Source: Candidatus Wolfebacteria bacterium RIFOXYB1_FULL_54_12 (GTDB taxonomy: Bacteria > Patescibacteriota > Minisyncoccia > UBA6257 > UBA9933). Taken from it: a DNA stretch of 56,948 bases. Where the stretch lies: contig MGIT01000004.1 in NCBI GenBank assembly GCA_001793895.1, forward strand, positions 8,517 to 65,464, in the 5' to 3' direction. The translations under genes and the position numbers were made by a program. The notes under the pieces are model-generated. The model made no database searches and had not been told where the DNA came from. It saw only the letters and a program-made list of their open reading frames with translations. Within the stretch, counting starts at the first letter, position 1. Every line of letters starts with the position of its first letter. Below, piece by piece: positions 27,649-35,305 of this stretch.

Positions 27649-27956
27649 CTTTTCCTCCTTCGCCGCAGCGATATATTGGTTTAATCCATATTTAATTCTT
27701 AAAGGTCAGCTTATTTAATATACATATACCATATTTATATATGTTTGTCAATATGTACAGGAACCGCCATTCCGTCTATACTTTTTTTACTAATTGCTTT
27801 GTATTTGTCATTCCGAGCGCAATGAAATGGAGCCGAGGAATCTGCCTTTACTACAGATACCTCGTCCGCCAACCCTGCCTACCGGCAGGCAGGTGGCGGA
27901 TCTGCATGACAACTTATCCGTTATTGGTCGTAGGTTGTTAGTTATAAGTTATTTTA

Positions 27957-28038
27957 GCCGGGGTGGCGAAATTGGCAGACGCACTTGCCTTAGGAGCAAG
28001 CACCGCAAGGTATGCAGGTTCAAGTCCTGTCCCCGGCA
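27957..28038 (+). tRNA. tRNA-Leu (anticodon UAG)
   Basis: GCCGGGG acceptor, anticodon arm CTTGC-CTTAGGA-GCAAG, long variable arm, T arm CAGG-TTCAAGT-CCTG, CCCCGGCA. Confidence 0.9.
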
Positions 28039-28054
28039 CATAGTTTTATATTTT

Positions 28055-28335
28055 CTCGTTTTAGGCCGGTTCGTCTGGATAGATACTCACCGGCACTCTG
28101 GTCCGTTGCGACGCTCTCCGCCTGCTGGCGGAGAGCGGGCAACGCCAAGTCGAAACTGGTTCCGCAAGGATTAGAGGTTCGAGTCCTCTTGGGGGCACAT
28201 TCGTTTTTCTCGGCCTTAGGCCGGCTTCACTTTTGGACAGATGTTCAGCTGGCACTCCTCGAGTCGAAGCCGCACCGCAAGGTATACAGGTTGCCGGTGG
28301 AATACGGAAATTGATATTCCACCAGCACTCTGATG
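28055..28335 (+). pseudogene. tandem tRNA-Leu-derived fragments (acceptor-like minihelices plus variable/T-arm remnants)
   Basis: 28146..28196 keeps CCGCAAGG plus an intact T arm AGAGG-TTCGAGT-CCTCT. 28270..28292 matches GCACCGCAAGGTAT(G/A)CAGGTT of the tRNA. Three GCCGG...C(C/T/A)GGCACTC hairpins mimic the acceptor stem. Confidence 0.55.
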
Positions 28336-28371
28336 CATCACCCCCACGATCTATCCGTATATATCTTTTTT

Positions 28372-28415
28372 TATTTGCTGTCCAAATGTACGACCGTACA
28401 TTTGGACAGCAAATA
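28372..28415. repeat. 44-bp near-perfect palindrome TATTTGCTGTCCAAATGTACG-AC-CGTACATTTGGACAGCAAATA
   Basis: Two 21-nt arms; copies at 29113..29155 and 49187..49228. Confidence 0.9.
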
Positions 28416-28460
28416 AAATATCCAGCGTATATGTCTCATTTTCCGCGCACTATTCACCGC

Positions 28461-29069
28461 CTATATTACATGCTTTAAATTTCCGGTGCTTCCCACTTCG
28501 AATACCTCCACAAAGCCTTCAAGTTTCATTTTCATAATATCGGCGATCAATTCCTTTGGTATTTTTGTCTTCCCGATCCACACGCTTTTCTGTGCCATTT
28601 TAAAATCCAAATTCCCCAACACCATCCTCAGCCATGTGCGCTTTTTCGTATATTCTTCCGGGATGTCAAACATAACTATAATAACCTTATTCCCCTTTTC
28701 CTTTGGATAATACACATCGGGATACCCTTCTTTGCTTTTTAAAAATTCCAACTTCTGTTTTCCGCGTTCTGTTATTTTATATTTCTTTTTTTCCACCCCG
28801 AGCTCTTCACTTATTAGCCCGTCTCTTTTTAATTTGTAGATCAGGCTATAATATCTGTTTGTCATCTTTCGCTCTTCTTCTTCGGTTCGCTTTCGCACAT
28901 CGCGTCCGGTCCGTATTTTGTTTAAATTATAACTAATGTCTATCGGCGATGCGCCGCGCCCACTTTCAACGACAGCCTCCAGCAGATCAAGCTGCGCGTC
29001 AATTCCCTCGCTTATCGCCTCCAATATTCTAAGTGATGATTTGTATCTCATGTTCTGTTTATCTTTCAT
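28461..29069 (-). CDS. PaaX-like / Cas2-fold C-terminal domain protein with a PadR-like wHTH segment (putative regulator)
   Basis: YSLIYKLKRDGLISE (wHTH-like) and VIIVMFDIPEEYTKKRTWLRMVLGNLDFKMAQKSVWIG (PaaX/Cas2-like beta-alpha-beta). Confidence 0.45.
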   Translation of the reverse strand: MKDKQNMRYKSSLRILEAISEGIDAQLDLLEAVVESGRGASPIDISYNLNKIRTGRDVRKRTEEEERKMTNRYYSLIYKLKRDGLISEELGVEKKKYKITERGKQKLEFLKSKEGYPDVYYPKEKGNKVIIVMFDIPEEYTKKRTWLRMVLGNLDFKMAQKSVWIGKTKIPKELIADIMKMKLEGFVEVFEVGSTGNLKHVI

Positions 29070-29112
29070 GCTTTAATTACGATGTGCTTTTCATATAAGT
29101 ATACCATTCCCG

Positions 29113-29155
29113 TATTTGCTGTCCAAATGTACGGTCGTATATTTGGACAGCAAAA
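29113..29155. repeat. 44-bp palindrome, copy 2 (one mismatch)
   Basis: ~45 nt upstream of the ATG of the 28461..29069 gene. Confidence 0.9.
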
Positions 29156-29299
29156 CTATGGGTGGGCTTTTTTATCCTGACTCCAATTTGCTTGTGCGGA
29201 TCGGATGTCGCTATGAAGATGGGCAACAATAAAAAAACCGCAGCGCGTTTACGCGTTGCGGTTGTTTTGATCTCTCTTCCTATATTCTCTGTAGTAGAG

Positions 29300-29510
29300 A
29301 AGCAGATCCCTCCGCTTCTTCGTCAGTTGACGGATGCGGTCGGGATGACAGGATACTGGATTCCCGCCTCCGCGGGAATGACAGAGAGTGGGGTGGGAAT
29401 GACGACGGGGTGATAAAATGAAAAAGAACTGGATTCCCGTTTTCACGGGAATGACAGGACGGGAGGCGGGAATGACACCGTGCTGGATTCTTATTTTCAC
29501 AGAAATTACA
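29300..29510. repeat. hairpin-repeat array
   Basis: ggattcccgcctccgcgggaatgaca, ggattcccgttttcacgggaatgaca, and others. Confidence 0.8.
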
Positions 29511-30630
29511 GGGGAGGAAACACGCCGGCCCATTTTTTGCCTTTTCTGTTCCGCTTGCGCTCTTTGATCTCGATATGCTCGATTTCTTTTCCTTGGGCGG
29601 TGAATTGTCGGGTAATATATTTCACAACGTCCGGATCTTCCGTCGTCGGGTTAAATCCAACCAACCCCTCCCTCGCCTCGTCTTCTCCCTTGATCTTCAC
29701 GCGGATGAGATAGATGCCTTCCGCGGTGGGCGTCACACGATCTTCCTTTACGAACTTCCCGACGAACTTGTTGCCGTCGCCGAGGTCGACCTGCACCTTT
29801 GCGGTCTTTCCGGCGAGCAGCTCCCTGAACCGGTCCATCGCTTCCGCGATCCACAACTCGCCTTCTTCGAGCGGGCGTGGCGGTTTGCACATGCTCACGC
29901 CCTCACACCACACGCTTCCGTCGTCCCAGTACACGTGCCGATAACAATAGGGCTTATCATCACCACCACAGCTCCGAGGGTTTATACTTCTCTGCTTCGA
30001 GAAGAATCGCGCACCCATGCAGGTCTTTATATGTGGCGGCTCCTCCTTGTCAAACACCACAAATTTTTTCCCGAGCCGATACACCGGGTCGTCTTGCATT
30101 CCGCGTGGGAATGCAAAGTCACCGACCAGCTCCTCGTTTCCGATGGCATAGAACCACGGAGTAAGCTTTCCGCACAGCACCCAGCGTTTGAATCCGGGAT
30201 GCGCTTCATGCTTTTCTGCGGTACCATAGCCAACTTCTGCAAAGGCGCTCAGTGCGGCGCCCAGCGTTTCCCATTCGATAAACACCGACCCTTCCTTCTC
30301 CGTATATCGGTGCGTTACAACGCCCCAATGTCCTTCCGGCGAGCTTCTGATCTCAAGCACTTCGAGATACGCACCCCCATTGCCGTGATTGCCGACACCG
30401 TGATACCGGTGTTGCACAATATCGTACCGTGAGTAGCTCCCGTAAATGCCGTGCCCTATCAGTACCCGCTTGGTGGCGGATTCTTCGATCGTACGGACAT
30501 GCGTCCGTACAAACTCCGCGACCTGCGCACTCCCGCCGATGGGGCACGTAAATTTGATCGGCTGACCTATCCCAGTGTGCCCTTCCCCGTGCTGATATGA
30601 ACTGAATTTGTCGCTGTCGTCGTAGGTCAT
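29506..30630 (-). CDS. hypothetical 374-aa protein, no recognisable family
   Basis: RBS is AAGGAGGA 6 nt before the ATG. His/Gly- and Cys-rich segments. The C-terminal ~15 aa are read from repeat DNA. Confidence 0.55.
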   Translation of the reverse strand: MTYDDSDKFSSYQHGEGHTGIGQPIKFTCPIGGSAQVAEFVRTHVRTIEESATKRVLIGHGIYGSYSRYDIVQHRYHGVGNHGNGGAYLEVLEIRSSPEGHWGVVTHRYTEKEGSVFIEWETLGAALSAFAEVGYGTAEKHEAHPGFKRWVLCGKLTPWFYAIGNEELVGDFAFPRGMQDDPVYRLGKKFVVFDKEEPPHIKTCMGARFFSKQRSINPRSCGGDDKPYCYRHVYWDDGSVWCEGVSMCKPPRPLEEGELWIAEAMDRFRELLAGKTAKVQVDLGDGNKFVGKFVKEDRVTPTAEGIYLIRVKIKGEDEAREGLVGFNPTTEDPDVVKYITRQFTAQGKEIEHIEIKERKRNRKGKKWAGVFPPL

Positions 30631-30715
30631 ACATGATCCTCCTTCTCTATTTATTTTTAAAGGTTGGCTTCTTTCGAAAAGCTACCATTATTTTTTAGCG
30701 AAGTCCAGCATAGCA

Positions 30716-31125
30716 ACCTATGACCGATAACTAATGACCGATAACGGGATGCTGGATTCCCGCCTCCGCGGGAATGACAATGCGGGGGGGGTGACGATGC
30801 GCTTGAGTGTCATCCCCGCGGAGGCGGGGATCCAGGCTTTTTTGCGGTGGCGCCGTTTCGTGCCTGAGACCCTGGATCCCGTGTCGTAGCACGGGATGAC
30901 AATGCGGGGAGGGATAACGATGCAAAAAGAAATGCGACGCGACGCGCGTGTCATCCCCGCGGAGGCGGGGATCCACTACTACTGCAAATGGATTCCCGCC
31001 TCCGCGGGAATGACAAAGAGAGGGGGCGGGAGTGGTAGAGGGGGTGCAGGAATGATGATGCGATGCTGGATGCCTCCGCCCATAGCGGACGTGAATGACA
31101 ATACGGGGAGGGATAAAAAAATAAA
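30716..31125. repeat. dense hairpin-repeat array (single and triple-hairpin units, heptamer block at the 5' end)
   Basis: For example, 30874..30901 ggatcccgtgtcgtagcacgggatgaca. The tail ATGACAATGCGGGG recurs. Confidence 0.85.
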
Positions 31126-31131
31126 AGCGAT

Positions 31132-32049
31132 TCAATCGCTTTTATTTTTTCTTCTTCGGCCGTGGAATGTTTGGTGTATCTCCTTGAGCTCCTTGTTGGT
31201 TATGTGCGTGTATATTTGCGTGGTCGCTATGTTGGCATGGCCGAGCATTTCTTGTACCGACCGTATGTCCGCTCCGTTGATCAACAGGTCGGTGGCGAAT
31301 GAATGCCGCAACATGTGCGGATGCACATGCTTTGCGATGCCCGCCTTGCGCGAATAAAAATCAACCAGCCGTTGCACGGTTCGCGGAACGATTCGCCCTA
31401 TGACCTTCGGGCTTTTTGCCTTTGTGTAGCTCACAAACATCGCCTCCTCTGCGTCTCCCCTCTTTTCCAAATAATTTTTAATTTCCTTTACCGAGCGCCC
31501 GTCCAAAAATACAACCCGCAGCTTATTTCCCTTTCCGCGCACCGTTACTTCTCCCCGATCGAAATCCATATAACGGTTCAAACTGCACAGCTCCGATATG
31601 CGCAATCCGGTCGAGAATAATACCTCGAGTATCGCGCGATCGCGCAATGCCTTTGTGTCGCCTCCGCTCACGGCGTTCAAGAGCCGTTCCAGTTCGTCGT
31701 ACTCCATAACCTCTATTTGCCGTGCCGGCACTTTGGGCAGCTCTATCTTGTCGGGCGATAATACTTTGTGGTCATTTTTTATCAAATACTTCAAAAAGTT
31801 TCTCAACGCTATTATATAGTAGCTCTGCGTAGACTTGCTATACCGATCCCCTCTGCCGTTCGATGATCGCGCCAAGTGCAGCCGAAAATCCCGCACCCGC
31901 TCCACGGTTATGTCCGCTTCGCTTTTGATTCCCTCGACCTCGAAAAACTTTTTCAAATATCGCCCGTAATTCTCCCCCGTCTTTTGCGAGCGATTTTTTT
32001 CAATTTCGAGATAGTCGAGATATTCCTTTAACAGCACGTTTACGTCCAT
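31132..32049 (-). CDS. XerC/XerD-family tyrosine site-specific recombinase
   Basis: HPHMLRHSFATDLLINGADIRSVQEMLGHANIATTQIYTH, 305 aa. Confidence 0.85.
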   Translation of the reverse strand: MDVNVLLKEYLDYLEIEKNRSQKTGENYGRYLKKFFEVEGIKSEADITVERVRDFRLHLARSSNGRGDRYSKSTQSYYIIALRNFLKYLIKNDHKVLSPDKIELPKVPARQIEVMEYDELERLLNAVSGGDTKALRDRAILEVLFSTGLRISELCSLNRYMDFDRGEVTVRGKGNKLRVVFLDGRSVKEIKNYLEKRGDAEEAMFVSYTKAKSPKVIGRIVPRTVQRLVDFYSRKAGIAKHVHPHMLRHSFATDLLINGADIRSVQEMLGHANIATTQIYTHITNKELKEIHQTFHGRRRKNKSD

Positions 32050-32169
32050 TACACACAGTATACGGTATACGGTAGAGGGTATAAAGGAAGGGGGGGGAAG
32101 GGTATATGGTATAGGGTATAGGGTATTAGGTATGGGAGGGGGGGGAAAAATAACCTACGACTGATAACC

Positions 32170-32745
32170 GATGACTAATAACGGGGTGCGGGAAAATGAC
32201 ACACTCCCCTGTATTGTCATCCCCGCGGAGGCGGGGATCCACTACCACTGCAATGGAATGCGAGGAGGTTTGTCATCCCGCACCACGATGCGGGATCCAG
32301 AGTTTTCTGCAGTAGCGGTGCCTTGTGCTAAAGACTCTGGATCCCGTGTCGGAGCACGGGATGACAATGCGGGGGGGGATGGGTTGGAGATGCGAGATGA
32401 GGGGGGGGGGGAGATGGGAGGGGGGAAAAAGAGCCATCCTGAACTTGACCCTCGGCGTTGCTAACAATCCGTCAGCCGACGGAGAGTGTGCAACGTGCCG
32501 GGATACTCGAAGCGCATAAGGTCTCGCGCTTCAAGTGATTCAGAATCTCGCGATAAACAATAAGATTCCGAAACAAGTTCGGAATGACAGATAGTCGAGG
32601 CGGGGATCCGGTGTTCAAATGCAAAATACTGGATTCCCGTTTTCACGGGAATGACAATGCAAGATACTAGATCCCGGCCTCCGCCGGGATGACAATGCGA
32701 AATACTGGATTCCCGCCTCCGCGGGAATGACAGAGAGGGGGATTT
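32170..32745. repeat. hairpin-repeat array including a triple-hairpin composite and a nested-insert element (32448..32536)
   Basis: Direct reading. Confidence 0.85.
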
Positions 32746-32767
32746 TGCCGAATTTTTGTAGAACAGG

Positions 32768-33115
32768 TGTGAAACAATAATGTTTCACATTCGGCAAAAC
32801 TAAAAAATATGAGATAAAATGTTTCACGTGAAACACTTTATCTCATATTTAGCCCCTAGGTGTGAAACAAAGTTGTTTCACACCGTGCGCAGTGTTTCAC
32901 GTGAAACAATTTATCTCATTTTTCGCCCCTGCTCGCCTTTTTAGCGATTTGTGAAATCTGTCATTTTGAACAAATTGTTTCACGTGAAACAATTTGCCTC
33001 GTTTTAGGGGCCTAAGTGTGAAACAAAGTTGTTTCACACCGTGCACAGTGTTTCACGTGAAACACTTTATCTCGTTTTACCCCGGATTCCTTGAATAATT
33101 GTTTCACGTGAAACA
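32768..33115. other. parS (ParB-binding, centromere-like) site array: 5 perfect TGTTTCACGTGAAACA plus 3 everted palindromes
   Basis: Perfect 16-mers at 32820, 32893, 32976, 33049 and 33100. GTGTGAAACA-N4-TGTTTCACAC-type palindromes at 32768, 32860 and 33016. Confidence 0.8.
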
Positions 33116-33171
33116 CTTTTGCTCACTTTTTGGCATTTTGCCTATTTATTGGTTCGGCAGTTACCCCTGAG

Positions 33172-33180
33172 TTATCCACA
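33172..33180 (+). other. perfect DnaA box TTATCCACA
   Basis: Exact 9-mer, embedded in the inverted repeat GAGTTATCC...GGATAACTC. Confidence 0.5.
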
Positions 33181-33255
33181 CCCGATTGGGGATAACTCGG
33201 CAAGAGCGGGGGGCGGGTATACGGTACGGGGGGGGGAAAGAGATCAGATGAGAGG

Positions 33256-33325
33256 TGTCATCCTGAACTTGATTCAGGATCTCGTGATTAAACAATAAGA
33301 TTCCGGCTCGGAGGCCGGAATGACA
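33256..33325. repeat. ~70-bp double-hairpin element
   Basis: Direct reading. Confidence 0.85.
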
Positions 33326-33391
33326 ACACCCCTCCCCCGGGGGGGCGCGCGCAGGATGGCGTGGCACGGGTTCGGGTTGTATACTGTTGGC

Positions 33392-33802
33392 ATGCATGAT
33401 CACCTTCAAACTGGGTCCCTTGGCGAGCAAGTCGCAGCCAACTTCCTTTCCAATCTCGGGCACACCATACTCGATCGAAATGTTCGCATGAAGTTTGGAG
33501 AAATAGACATCATCTCCCGCGATCCCATGGGGGTGCTTATTTTTACCGAGGTTAAAACGCTCAGCCGAGCATATGCGCTTTCCCCTGAAGACAACCTGAC
33601 CCGGGCAAAGTTTAGAAAACTTTCCCGCGCTTGTTCCGCCTATGCCAACGCTCGCCCCGAGCTTGTAAGCAACTCACTCGGTTGGCGCATAGACCTCGTT
33701 GCCGTCGTCATTAATTTTACTCTTCCTTTAGCTCCCGAGTACCGCACATTTTCTTTCGGCAAAAATAATTTTGCCGTATCACGATACGAAAATATTTCTT
33801 AA
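33392..33802 (+). CDS. yraN: YraN-family (UPF0102) endonuclease-like protein
   Basis: GEQVAANFLSNLGHTILDRNVRMKFGEIDIISRD...LIFTEVKT. The upstream part of the listed ORF is repeat DNA. Confidence 0.8.
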   Translation: MHDHLQTGSLGEQVAANFLSNLGHTILDRNVRMKFGEIDIISRDPMGVLIFTEVKTLSRAYALSPEDNLTRAKFRKLSRACSAYANARPELVSNSLGWRIDLVAVVINFTLPLAPEYRTFSFGKNNFAVSRYENIS

Positions 33803-33804
33803 GG

Positions 33805-34020
33805 CAATGCACTGGATCCCGTGTCGTAGCACGGGATGACAATGCGGGGGGGGATGGGTTGGAGATGCGAGATGAGGGGGGGGATGGGAGGGTGGATGAC
33901 AATGCGCTTAAGTGTCACCCCGGCGAAGGCCGGGGTCCAGTGTTTTCTGCGGTGGTAACATATAGATACTCAGACTCTGGATCCCGTGTCGGAGCACGGG
34001 ATGACAATACAGGGGGGAGG
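33805..34020. repeat. hairpin-repeat array with a triple-hairpin composite
   Basis: Direct reading. Confidence 0.8.
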
Positions 34021-34094
34021 GAGATGTGAGAGTGGAGATGAGAGATTAGAGGTGAGAAAAATAGTGGAGATGAGATAATTCGGCAACTTTTATG

Positions 34095-34103
34095 TTATCC
34101 ACA
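34095..34103 (+). other. perfect DnaA box TTATCCACA flanked by the inverted ATTCGGCAA motif
   Basis: Exact 9-mer. ATTCGGCAA at 34078 and its complement at 34113. Confidence 0.5.
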
Positions 34104-34599
34104 CTTGCACTGTTTGCCGAATGTTTTGTATACTGTAGTCAGATATACATGGGTAGCACAATTCAATATCTAACACGGCTTTGATTCCCTCTTGCGTCGG
34201 AAAAAATAAGTCACACCGCCACTTAATTAATTCGGTGCGTATCATCAATATATATTCCTTCCGTCAGCGTGCGGGGTGGGGAATGACCCTCAAGGAAAGT
34301 TACTACTTTCCACGGGCAAGCGATTTACTGGATACCGGCCTTCGCCGGTATGACAATACAGTCGCGGGATATGACATCTACTCAACACTAATTAATTACA
34401 AGGTGGTACAGCTCACTTGAACCGCACATGACACTCTTGCGTTTGTCATCTCGCATATGTTCGTCTCTTTTGTCTTTTTCCAAAAAGACTTTTTGTCGTT
34501 TTGGTTTGCCTGCAACGAAGTCATGCACGATAGATTCCTACTTGACTGCCCATCGGCAGGGAGGCCATAGAAATTATAGCAATTACAGATTCCTCGACT

Positions 34600-35305
34600 T
34601 CACGGATTACCGTTCCGCTCGGAATGACAGAGGGGCGGAGTGTCATCCTGAACTTGTTTCAGGATCTCTCCGAGAGAACACAAGATTCCGGCTCGGAGGC
34701 CGGAATGACGGGGAGAGGATCGGGATGACAAGGCGAGGCAATACGAATAAACTGCAGATTCCTCTCCGCCGGCTGGCGGATCCGAATGACAATGCGAAGA
34801 TGGATTCCCGCCTGCGCGGGAATGACAGAGGGGAGAGCGGGATGGCAAGGCGGAACTGGATACCGGCTTTCGCCGGTATGACAATGCGGGGAGGGATGAC
34901 GGAGAAAAACAAATCTCATTTTTAAAAAATAACTTCGCTAAAAAAAATTTTACTACACACATGCAATTGATTTCCAAATTTAACAAAATGATGAAAAGAT
35001 GGATTCCCGCCTCCGCGGGAATGACAGGGAGGGGAAGGATGACGGGGAAGTGGATACCGGTCCCCGATCAGGTCGAGGACGGGCCCTCACCCGCCGGTAT
35101 GACAATGCGGGGAGGGATGGCGGAGAGGAGGAGTGTCATCCTGAACTCGTTTCAGGATCTCTCCGAGAGAACACAAGATTCCGGCTCGGAGGCCGGAATG
35201 ACAGGGAAAGGAGGAGTGACAATACAAAATAAAATGACGACATTAAAAAACAAAATGACAAAGCAGGGAGGGATGACGGGGAAGTGGATTCCCGCCTTCG
35301 CGGGA
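34600..35305. repeat. hairpin-repeat array upstream of the giant gene (two near-identical double-hairpin units at 34641..34709 and 35134..35203)
   Basis: Direct reading; translated as WIPASAGMT-type pseudo-peptide in the listed ORF. Confidence 0.85.

Noticed and set aside
28146-28198. A second functional tRNA downstream of tRNA-Leu.
   Set aside because: An intact T arm and the 3' strand TGGGGGCA are present. However, I could find no complementary 5' acceptor strand (G followed by five pyrimidines and a purine) and no plausible 7-nt anticodon loop upstream. I treated it as a fragment.
30731-31135. ORFs inside repeat arrays. Also 29162..29413, 32171..32464, 34428..34925 and 54424..54645.
   Set aside because: Their peptides are concatenated repeat translations (IPAEAGI, RGGGNP, and so on). 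They have no RBS and no non-repeat sequence.
31132-32049. The tyrosine recombinase as a phage-type integrase defining an island from tRNA-Leu.
   Set aside because: Its length (305 aa) and C-terminal motifs fit housekeeping XerC/XerD. It is 3 kb from the tRNA, and I saw no matching attL/attR beyond the tRNA fragments. The idea is kept only as a possibility in the tRNA-fragment finding.
32448-32536. The nested ~90-nt insert as a hammerhead ribozyme.
   Set aside because: No CUGANGA...GAAA catalytic core appears on either strand (the closest is CTGACGG). Other ribozyme classes cannot be judged by eye.
30716-32745. The hairpin-repeat arrays might be CRISPR arrays.
   Set aside because: The units are palindromic with variable stems and variable lengths. 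Spacing is irregular, there is no uniform direct repeat with unique spacers, no leader and no cas genes. The same units also occur singly all over the window.
32768-33115. The regularly spaced 16-mers could be a mini-CRISPR or iteron set.
   Set aside because: The 16-mer is a perfect palindrome identical to the parS consensus. The intervening DNA is itself repeated (a higher-order repeat) rather than made of unique spacers.
34961-35305. The N-terminal 115 aa of the listed 2296-aa ORF.
   Set aside because: This region is a translation of hairpin repeats ([18 protein letters not shown], and the double-hairpin element). A canonical signal peptide begins at the ATG at 35306.
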